Shown here: in pieces, positions 28,001 to 36,500 of the stretch
How positions within the stretch are numbered: the first letter of the stretch is position 1
How the letters are laid out: every line of letters begins with the position of its first letter
Assembly (NCBI RefSeq): GCF_964355755.1
Contig: NC_092672.1
Span: 9,424,001 to 9,488,000, forward strand
Source: Antedon mediterranea
Taxonomy: Eukaryota; Animalia; Echinodermata
Length of the DNA: 64,000 bases
Direction of reading: 5' to 3'
The notes under the pieces: generated by a model
The model's input: the letters and a program-made list of their open reading frames with translations, nothing else
The model's database searches: none
Told to the model about the DNA's origin: nothing
Made by a program: the position numbers and the translations under genes

Positions 28001-28019
28001 CTGCTTTTACAGAATCCAT
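4042..28019 (-). CDS. Uncharacterised ~8-TM membrane protein, 9 exons, ~346 aa
   Basis: Exons (-): 28019-27897, 23349-23181, 21583-21444, 20672-20546, 20149-20091, 19537-19418, 16723-16637, 7101-6960, 4115-4042. All GT-AG with matching phases, 1041 nt = 347 codons. Protein MDSVKADETVDRPATPPIRFEDIPGL...FCLYYICDGVLFES...FRTVGAS...LLKFDLQL...VRYESK...EPAYIIYK...KNFGNGLKEK...PPQGV*. The last exon is the least certain. Confidence 0.85.
6060..6360 (+). mobile_element. Degenerate LINE fragment (CR1/L2-group ORF2 C-terminal region)
   Basis: TYKLAVWAVRAATGSAPDYLKCHL resembles the YK.....A..G.AP.YL motif near the end of CR1/L2-type ORF2. The surrounding frame is decayed. Confidence 0.5.
6474..6762. 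mobile_element. Non-autonomous Kolobok-type element (289 bp)
   Basis: TTAA (6470-6473) AGATGTATTGTCC ... GGACAATACATCT TTAA (6763-6766). Same TIR as 15932-16444. Confidence 0.8.
7255..7350. mobile_element. Short MITE relic (CTGTAAA...TTTACAG termini)
   Basis: Imperfect inverted ends CTGTAAAGCCCAAAATGTTTGCG / CGCGAAAATGTTGGGTTTTACAG. Confidence 0.4.
10981..11500. repeat. Minisatellite, ~55-60-bp unit, ~9 degenerate copies
   Basis: Recurrent GATTCATGTTTGTTGCAGTAACAGTACTGCAGTAATCAATCTTTGGATTTTGT, with some shortened units and an internal palindrome TACTGCAGTA. Confidence 0.9.
12384..13441. mobile_element. Non-autonomous piggyBac-like element
   Basis: TTAA|CACTTTGACTGCCA ... TGGCAGTCAAAGTG|TTAT: perfect 14-bp TIR, TTAA site mutated on the right. 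Subterminal direct repeat TTGACTGCCAAACACGAAGATCTTCGT x2. No ORF. Confidence 0.75.
15932..16444. mobile_element. Non-autonomous Kolobok-type element (513 bp)
   Basis: TTAA|AGATGTATTGTCCC ... GGGACAATACATCT|TTAA: perfect 14-bp TIR with AG..CT ends. Confidence 0.85.
17973..19296 (+). mobile_element. Internally deleted pogo/Tigger-type (Tc1/mariner) transposon
   Basis: TA|CAGTCAACTCTCCCAATACCGGAC ... GTCCGGTATTGGGAGAGTTGACTG|TA: perfect 24-bp TIR. Repeated AAACCGGA subterminal motifs. Truncated transposase-like start MAKRKRNELDL at 18622. Confidence 0.85.
20296..20482. mobile_element. Penelope-like LTR fragments in inverted arrangement with decayed hammerhead
   Basis: 20296-20440 is the reverse-complement homologue of ~31635-31767. 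It abuts a forward partial copy (20441-20482, CTTGCACTGGGCTATTGTTGCCCGAAAGCTCTGCTAAC) in which the CTGATGA core is deleted. Confidence 0.65.
21772..21945 (+). mobile_element. 5'-truncated SINE, same family as 55468-55720
   Basis: Shares CCACCCARGTGTATAAATRGGTA and CATTATGGGA..TCCATAC.TGTTTGAT blocks with the tRNA-headed copy. Confidence 0.6.
23396..23721. mobile_element. MITE with ~50-bp TIRs (superfamily uncertain)
   Basis: TAGGGAGGTTTCGCAACTTTACGAATACGATAACGAAAACGGATACGTCAC and its near-perfect reverse complement ending at 23721. Confidence 0.8.
23968..24030 (+). mobile_element. Decayed tRNA-derived SINE head
   Basis: A-box-like TAGTCTAATGG and B-box-like GGTTTGAATCTC. No cloverleaf. Confidence 0.3.
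24205..24677. mobile_element. MITE (PIF/Harbinger-like termini)
   Basis: Perfect 18-bp TIR ATACCCCTTTCACACCAA / TTGGTGTGAAAGGGGTAT. Internal repeats of CCTTTCACACCAAA and ACTCCGGAG. Confidence 0.75.
25145..26078. mobile_element. Non-autonomous DNA transposon (possibly Kolobok-like)
   Basis: TIR TGAGGCATGGCATCACAAAA / TTTTGTGATGCCAGGCCTCA (19/20). TSD not clean. Confidence 0.65.
26120..26697 (-). mobile_element. Mutator-like MITE, degraded copy, inverted relative to 26871-27651
   Basis: Same TIR block (ACGGTACC...GGTAAAATTGCA) at both ends. Internal ~140 bp (26344-26485) is the reverse complement of ~27290-27432. Confidence 0.7.
26871..27651 (+). mobile_element. Mutator-like MITE with long TIRs and 9-bp TSD
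   Basis: TIRs of ~125-145 bp starting CGCCGTGGCTAAAGATACGGTACCG. Perfect TSD TATTTTAAT at 26862-26870 and 27652-27660. Confidence 0.85.
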
Positions 28020-29089
28020 TTGGTATGAAAACATGAATAATCCAGTTTTAGAAACCAGAACATATAAGCCCCAAAATTAGGTAGAACTACGAGTAATTAC
28101 CACCAACATTGGAAGTGTAAAACAACCAACTTTTGGAAGTTCTCTTTAGTCTTACTGGTAGGTAACACTGTTGTTGTGAAAAAAGGCGGTGGTGGTGTAT
28201 TTTTTTTAGCTATGCAATCACGTGGAACGGAGAGGTCATCGTGAAAGAGCTGTCTAAACACACGTATTGTTGGAAGTTCTGCTAAGTGCAAATAGCAAAT
28301 ACACCTTTTTTTTTTGGTTTAGCCCAAAGATTTTATATCCAATAATATTACAATATTGTTCTTATTACCATGGAGCAAAGAATATTATTCTTTACTCCAT
28401 GTTATTACCTGTTATTACATCTCTCTGGTTTAGCCAGCAGGGAGGCCATGGTTTAGCCAATATTGTCTCGAGCATGTTTAGCGACCATAATTTGCCAGTC
28501 CCATTTGCCAATGGTAGTTCAAAATTTAAAACGATCACAAGTAAATATTCAATTATTTAAAAATAATAAATATATTAATTTAAACTATTTATTTACGATC
28601 GATTGACTAATAATACTTAAAGGTTAGGGATCAAACAATGGCCCTAAGTATGAGTATTGTGGAGTCACGTCAATCATCGAGACATTTTAAAGGCTAAACA
28701 TTTTCAATGCGTTTACTGTACAAATAGAAAAACACATTATAAGTAGCGTGCGAATATCCAGGTATATAAAATATACCAAATTGGCTAGTTGAGAATTCTC
28801 AACTATTACCGCAGTACGCCTGTAACGACGAAGCCTACCGGTATAATGGGATAGGCTGATTTCCTTGTTAACTTAAGGTGTCATTTAATTACTGAATTGT
28901 GATTGGTAGTAAAGGAAATTTACTGGAATCCTATTGAATGGTAAGGTGGTAGTAGGACCATGTCCATCCCATTGCAGTAATAAAGTTGAGCCACCTGCGA
29001 CCATTACAATGTCCTACCATGCTAATGTAGGAGTGGGGAAATGTTATGCTTACTAACTGTTTCTTTTAATAATTTAGTACAATTAATAA

Positions 29090-30760
29090 GAATAAAGAAT
29101 ACACTTAACAATATACAACAAATAACATTAATGTACGATGTAGTTTAACACTGTTCTCAACTATAGTCATTTTGGTATACTTGAGCACATTGATAAAGAA
29201 TAGGATAAACTTAACAATATACAACAAATAACATTAATGTACGATCCCGTTTAACACTGTTCTCAACTATAGTCATTTTGGTATACTTGAGCACAGTGAT
29301 AAAGAATAGGATAAACTTAACAATATACAACAACAATGTACGATCCCGTTTAACACTGTTCTCAACTATAGTCATTTTGGTATACTTGAGCACAGTGATA
29401 AAGAATAGGATAAACTTAACAATATACAACAAAAAACATTAATGTACGATCCAGTTTAACACTGTTCTCAACTATAGTCATTTTGGTATACTTGAGAACA
29501 GTTATAAAGAATAGGATAAACTTAACAATATACAACAAAAAACATTAATGTACGATCCCGTTTAACACTGTTCTCAACTATAGTCATTTTGGTATACTTG
29601 AGCACAGTGATAAAGAATAGGATAAACTTAACAGTATACAACAAAAAACATTAATGTACGATCCCGTTTAACACTGTTCTCAACTATAGTCATTTTGGTA
29701 TACTTGAGCACAGTGATAAAGAATAGGATAAACTTAATAATATACAACAAATAACATTAATGTACGATCCAGTTTACCACTGTTATCAACTATAGTCATT
29801 TTGGTATACTTGAGCACAGTGATAAAGAATAGGATAAACTTAAAAATATACAACAAAAAACATTAATGTACGATCCAGTTTAACACTGTTCTCAACTATA
29901 GTCATTTTGGTATACTTGAGCACAGTGATAAAGAATAGGATAAACTTAAAAATATACAACAAAAAACATTAATGTACGATCCAGTTTAACACTGTTCTCA
30001 ACTATAGTTATTTTGGTATACTTGAGAACAGTGATAAAGAATAGGATAAACTTAACAAAATACAACAAAAAACATTAATGTACGATCCAGTTTAACTCTG
30101 TTCTCAACTATAGTCTTTTTGGTATACTTGAGAACAGTGATAAAGAATAGGATAAACTTAACAATATACAACAAAAAACATTAATGTACGATCCAGTTTA
30201 ACTCTGTTCTCAACTATAGTCATTTTGGTATACTTGAGAACAGTGATAAAGAATAGGATAAACTTAACAATATACAACAAAAAACGTACATTAATGTACG
30301 ATCCCGTTTAACACTGTTCTCGATTATAGTCATTTTGGTATACTTGAGCACAGTGATAAAGAATAGGATAAACTTAACAATATACAACAAAAAACATTAA
30401 TGTACGATCCCGTTTAACACTGTCCTCAACTATAGTCATTTTGGTATACTTGAGCACAGTGATAAAGAATAGGATAAACTTAATAATATACAACAAATAA
30501 CATTAATGTACGATCCAGTTTACCACTGTTCTCAACTATAGTCATTTTGGTATACTTGAGCACAGTGATAAAGAATAGGATAAACTTAACAATATACAAC
30601 AAAAAACATTAATGTACGATCCCGTTTACCACTGTTCTCAACTATAGTCATTTTGGTATACTTGAGCACAATATACAACAAATAACATTAATGTACACGA
30701 TTCTGTTTAACACTCTTCTCAACTATAGTCATTTTCATATACTTGAGCACAGTGATAATA
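29090..30760 (+). repeat. Tandem array, 106-bp unit, ~15 copies
   Basis: Unit AAGAATAGGATAAACTTAACAATATACAACAAAAAACATTAATGTACGATCCMGTTTAACACTGTTCTCAACTATAGTCATTTTGGTATACTTGAGMACAGTGATA. Period measured 29401->29507. Confidence 0.97.
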
Positions 30761-30769
30761 TGAAAAACA

Positions 30770-32030
30770 TAATAACACTATAATATTTGTAGATGAATGA
30801 CGCGGACACGTACATATGTTCATAAGTAATTGTAATTGATATAAATTAACTTTTAAAAGTGGAATTAACACAAATGATTGTAGATAAATATGACGTGAAT
30901 TGCACGTACATAATGTTGATGAGTAGTATATTTATATAAATCGACTTTGAAAAGTGAAATAACACTAATATTTGTAGATGAATATGACGTGGACACGTAC
31001 ATATATTGATAAGTATATTGATATAAATCGACTTTTAAAAGTCAAATTAACACTACTATTTGTAGATGAATATGACTTGGACACGATTTACATATGTTGA
31101 TGAGTATATTGATATAAATCGACTTTTAAAAGTGAAATAACACTAATATTTGTAGATGAATATGACGTGGACACGTACGGTACATTTATTGATGAGTATA
31201 TTGATATAAATCGACTTTTAAAAGTGAAATAACACTATTAGTTGTACACTATTGATCATATATGAATATGACGTGAATTGCACGTACATATGTTGATGAG
31301 TAGGCCTATATTGATATAATTGACTTCGAAAGTGAAATAACACTGATTTGTAAATGAATATGACGTGGACAAGTACATTTATTGATGAGTATATTGATAA
31401 ATCGACTTTTAAAAGTGAAATAACACTAATATTTATAGATGAATATGACGTGGACACGTACATATGTTGATGAGTATATTGATATAAATCGACTTTTAAA
31501 AGAGGAATTAACACTATTGATTGTAGACGTGAATTGCACGTACATATGTTGATGAGTGTATTGATATAAATCGACTAAACGTTAAATAACACTATCTTGT
31601 ACAAGTACCCTCACTTGCACTGATGAAGGGCTAGTGTTGCCCGAAAACTCTGCTAACTTTTCTGGCTGTTTTACTTTATCGTTTTGATTTAGCTTTTCGC
31701 TTCTTTTTTTGTATCTCCATTGAGACCACAGCATTGTTATTATTTCAGTATTTTGCCTTTGGATTTACTAATATTAAAAGTGAAATAACACTAATGACTG
31801 TAGATGATATGACATTTATGTTGATGTATATAGTTTTGTATATATAATATGCACACGTACATACGTTGATAGGTATTGATATAAATAGATTTTTAAAAGT
31901 ACGGTAATAGACACTTTATTTGTAGATGGACAAGTTGCAATAAATTCTATCGTTATATCGTATGTTGATGAGTATTGATATAAATCGACTTTTTTAAAGT
32001 GGAATAACACTAAAATGTATAGATGGATAT
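30770..32030 (+). repeat. Tandem array, ~88-bp unit, ~11-12 more divergent copies, interrupted at ~31596-31767
   Basis: Unit AATAACACTAATATTTGTAGATGAATATGACGTGGACACGTACATATGTTGATGAGTATATTGATATAAATCGACTTTTAAAAGTGA. Confidence 0.92.
31614..31656 (+). ncRNA. Minimal type I hammerhead ribozyme motif in a Penelope-like LTR fragment (~31596-31767)
   Basis: GCA-CTGATGA-A-GGGC(TAGTGTT)GCCC-GAAA-AC-TC-TGC: both core boxes, a 4-bp stem II and stem I GCA/TGC. The sister copy has the palindromic GAAAGCTC stem III. Confidence 0.65.
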
Positions 32031-32250
32031 GGCCTCAACAAGTATTGTATTAAGCGGTACTGTATATTGATAGACTTCATACCTGTAATGTCAATGAAAT
32101 CTGGCAACAAGAATTGTGTTTGATCCTCCTAATAGTATTCTAATAATCTTGGTTTGTAAAGGAGGCATGAAAAATCTAAACGCATAGCCAGGGGAGGGGT
32201 TGGAGTTTCGAACAAACTTCCCTGTGCCCGTCCTACGGTTTTTGTGAACT

Positions 32251-32365
32251 TTTTAGTAGCGTGCAAACGCGACTCTACAGCTCACTATGTCGATCGGTCG
32301 GTCGGTAAACACCAACTCAAATTTGAGCACGCGACTGCAGCCATGTATAGGCCTATGGCCTGTTT
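32251..32365 (+). mobile_element. Helentron-associated (HINE/DINE-1-like) short element
   Basis: TTTTAGT.GCGTG..ACGCGACT head, (GTCG)n microsatellite, 3' CACGCGACT and GGCC hairpin ending TGTTT. Confidence 0.6.
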
Positions 32366-32439
32366 ATAATAGAAATCAGCAGTGAAAGTATATGTAAATA
32401 ATATGTGTTAATATAGAATTAGTTTTTTTTATTTAATAA

Positions 32440-32972
32440 ATAGTATTAAAGTTGATCTTATTCTTTATCTGTGATTAATTATACTCAAATGACTATAGTT
32501 TAAAACAGTATTAAACGGCATCTTACATTCATGTTATTTGCTGTTTATTCGAAGTTTATCCTATTCTTTATCACTGTGCTCAAATTATACCAAAATGACT
32601 ATAGTTGAGAACAGTGTTAAACTGGATCGTACATTAATGTTATTTGTTATATATTGTTAAGTTTATCCTATTCTTTATCACTGTGCTCAAGTATACCAAA
32701 ATGACTATAGTTGAGAACAGTGTTAAACTGGATCGTACATTAATGTTTTTTGTTGTATATTGTTAAGTTTATCCTATTCTTTATCACTGTTCTCAAGTAT
32801 ACCAAAATGACTATAGTTGAGAACAGTGTTAAACTGGATCGTACATTAATGTTATATGTTGTATATTATTAAGTTTATCCTATTCTTTATCACTGTGCTT
32901 AAGTATACCAAAATGACTATAGTTGAGAACAGTGTTAAACGGGATCGTACATTAATGTTTTTTGTTGTATAT
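32440..32972 (-). repeat. Inverted array of the 106-bp unit, ~5 copies
   Basis: AAGTTTATCCTATTCTTTATCACTGTGCTCAAGTATACCAAAATGACTATAGTTGAGAACAGTGTTAAACTGGATCGTACATTAATG is the reverse complement of the 29090-30760 unit. Confidence 0.95.
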
Positions 32973-33523
32973 TAAAATTAAATTAAAATTAGTGAAGGTA
33001 TGCAAGTGTTTCTAAATATTTATTACTGGTAGTATTAATACAATTTGGATTATATCATTTTCCAGAAAGGTAGAAAAAAACATAAAATAGTTGAGAATTC
33101 TCAACTAGCCAGGATGGTATAGGAAATATAGCTCGAATATCCTCAATACACTGTTATGATGAGTGTCACGCAGGTACACTTTTTGTACATAAATGGTACC
33201 CAACTATGGTTGTAACGTTGGGAAAATATCCAAATAGTAGGCTAGGGAGTTCGATGGATGACGTATTCTATTAATTGGTTCTATTAATTGGAAGTTTAAG
33301 CGATAAACCTATAATAATTCCAAAAATCTTAAATATTCCATTGAAACATAACAAATTAGAATGAAAATAATCTTCTGGACCCCGTCTGGTGAAACCCAAT
33401 TTAACCAAAGTTAAATAAAATGTTGATGTTCCATACCTGAAGTAGAGAATGCTTTGGTCGCCAAAACGACGATTGGAATACAGCTCATTTTGTTATAATT
33501 CTCCACTAATAAAACAGCGAGAA

Positions 33524-36500
33524 ATGGCTGACATCAAAAGAAGCGAGGATGTTCTGGGGAAAAATTGGGATCGATGTTTGGCTGATACCATTATTAAGAT
33601 TGGTTTGTAATTTATAAACTTTCCTAGCCTTTTATTTATAAACTTAGCCCAGCTTTATATTAGTATTATGGACCTAGGCTACTAGGCATAGGCTAGGCCT
33701 AGACTACTACTATGCCTAGGCCTAGATTAGAATAGTAGCTAGCTAGCTAGACAAGCCTATCACACTAGCTAGCCTACGTCTTATTATGCCTACTCTAGGC
33801 CTAGGATTACTTGTGCCACTGGCCTAGCCTAGACACTTATTTTTAAGTGAAAGCTAATAAATATCCAAATTTCACAAAACATGATGATTTAAATAATTTA
33901 AATAAAATAAAAAAGATCAAAAAGTTTGTTAAAGGAATCCAGTATTATTTCTTTTAAACTAGTGTATATAGTAAAATGTATATAAAAATAAACAAAGGAT
34001 AAATTAAAAAGTTGAAACCAATAGCAAAAATCCGATTTTTTAGTTATTTTTGTTCCACGGTAATGGTGCTCCGCCATCTTGGAAAAAAACCAGGAAGCTA
34101 CGATCGGTGGTGGGGCGGAAGTCCCTTCATCCGGGATCTTCGTATACTTTGTACACGTGCGAATATCACTGTAGTGTCAGTTGACTGTATTTGTCCAGCT
34201 AATTTTCACCGTAATTTCTCGCTTTTTTCCCGTTTCTTCAAAGTTTTGCGTTTTATAGTGTATGCTGATTTTTTATTTATTAATTTAAACGGTAGTAACC
34301 GTGTACGTCCAGCAAAAATTATGGTATTTTGTATGGCTTTCGGTTGCAGTAATGCATCAAGTAGGAAAGACAGGAAATCTACCAACAAAGTTAACGTCAG
34401 CTTTCATCGATTGCCTTTGCACAATAAAGATTTACTTCGTAAGTGGGTGGCATCTTTGAAGTTAGAGAATCCTCATGTAAATGTACATTCTCGAGTGTGT
34501 AGTGAACATTTTGAGAAAGATATGTTTGAAGACAATTCTGTGAAAGTGTCACTCGGTCGAAAACCAACAAGGCGATTAAAGCCGGACGCTGTACCAACAC
34601 AGCTTGCTCATATCAAACCTGCCAGCGAAGCATCGAAAAGAAGACAAGATCGTCAAAAATTGATGGAACAAAAGCGATGGCCTAAAAAGGTAAGCTACGA
34701 AAATCTACAGCAAAATATAAATAATAATGCGCGGCTCTGTTGATAATTATAATTAAAATACTGTGTATTTATTAAACTATAAACAGGCTCTAGTTAGGCC
34801 TATAGATAGGCGAGAGGCCCTTCTCTTTCTTCTCCTCTAACTAAACTAGGCGGCTAGCTGCTTTAGCCAGCACTGCCGTAGTAGGAGTAGGCCTAGACGG
34901 CTTGTGTATTCTGAGTTGATTGCCCTTAATTTTAAAGCTAGGCCTAGTGGTGTTAATTAGTTATGTTAAAAAATAACATCTTCCCACAAAACGAAATGAA
35001 AATATGTAGATATAAAATAAATTTCAACATTTTACTGTTTCATGAATGAAGTTGAGTTAAGGTGATAAAAATTACTCTTGGATCATCAGGTGCTACACTT
35101 GGCTTTTGTAACATCGAGTATTTTGTTCATGTCTTCATCAAGTCTAACATGCAGATTATGGTTAACTTATGCATTCATTTTCAGAAAGTTTTGGATATGG
35201 GCCAAGTGGAATTAGATGAAACATCAATACCAAGAGATTCGGTAGAAGTAATTCAGCCAGAGATTTTGTTTTCGGAAGGGTGTAAATGTGGACAAGTAAC
35301 TAAGGTCAACTCATCAACACAAGTAAGTGTATACAAATAAGGCTCTTAATAAATAATGGAATGCAATGATTGTTACATATAAATGCTATTTTTTATCAAA
35401 ATATTACAATTGTACATTCCAGACAGACACTTTCGCAGATCCACTAAAGATCCAGCATGATCATAGTTATGTGAAGCTGTTTAAAAAAAAGCCCAAGTCT
35501 GTAGCCAAAACTCGCAAATGTCCATCGGCCTCAAGTACAGCCAGCATCCCACAAAACATACCACAAGTTCCAGAAGAAGAAGATTCAGAAGTAGATAATT
35601 CTGATAATGACAGTGATGAAGGTACTATTTATTCTTTTTATGTTTACTATTTGTTCTGCAACTCAAAACTATGGGCACATTTACAATACATTTATTTGTT
35701 TATGACCAAGAAAGCTAAGATTTGAATGGTTTTTAAAAAAAAAGATGAGGTTTTTGTACTTGAAAATATCAAATAATTTTTTTCTATCTAACATGCCTTT
35801 TTCAGATGTTGATTCTGATAGCTCATATTCACCGAGCAGCTCTGATAGTGACTCTGAAACTAATACGGCTGAAAGAAAGAAGAGTGATGGAGTCTTCCTC
35901 GTCTATGAGTCGTCATTGGACCATCTTTTTAATACATGCCAAGAGTGTGGTAGTCTATTAGAAATACATAAACTGTACCGGGGAACAATGATTGTATTTG
36001 AATGGACATGCCACAACAATCACAGAGGAAGGTGGAAATCACAACCACTTGTGCGAAACATGGCAAAGGGAAACCTTGAGTTAGCGGCATCGATTTTGTT
36101 TTCAGGTGGCACATACCAAAAAATGTTTGACATTGCAACCACTATGAAACTACACATGCTTTCAGAAAAACATTTTTACAATATTCAGAGGTCTTACCTT
36201 TTCCCTGTAATAAATGATCTGTACAATGAAAACCATGGTATATGGATAGATGCATTTCGCTACCAAGATATTTTCGTTGGTGGGGATGGGCGCAGTGACA
36301 CGCCTGGCCATAGTGCTAAGTATTTGGGATATTCTCTGATGGAGGAGAATAGTGAGCTCATTATTCATTTTGAGCTTGTCCAAGTATCGGAAGCGCCAGG
36401 CCAAGCTTCAACAAATATGGAGCGAGTCGGTTTCACAAGGGCAATTGACTACCTTCTAGAGGAAGATGTAAATGTCGTGGGAGTGACTACAGATAGACAT

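Larger units (their letters stand above)
28760..33133. mobile_element. Foldback/Mutator-like non-coding element with inverted satellite arrays (4374 bp)
   Basis: TSD CGAATATCC (28751-28759, 33134-33142). 48-bp imperfect TIRs contain the perfect palindrome TAGTTGAGAATTCTCAACTA (28786-28805, 33088-33107). 106-bp arrays lie in opposite orientations near each end. Confidence 0.8.

Noticed and set aside
29090-32972. CRISPR-like array
   Set aside because: Units are contiguous near-identical repeats with no unique spacers, there are no cas genes, and the context is eukaryotic.
34012-34320. N-terminal 103 aa of ORF 34012..34743
   Set aside because: Starts at TTG. THAP domains begin at the N-terminus, so ATG 34321 (MVFCMAFGC) is the credible start.
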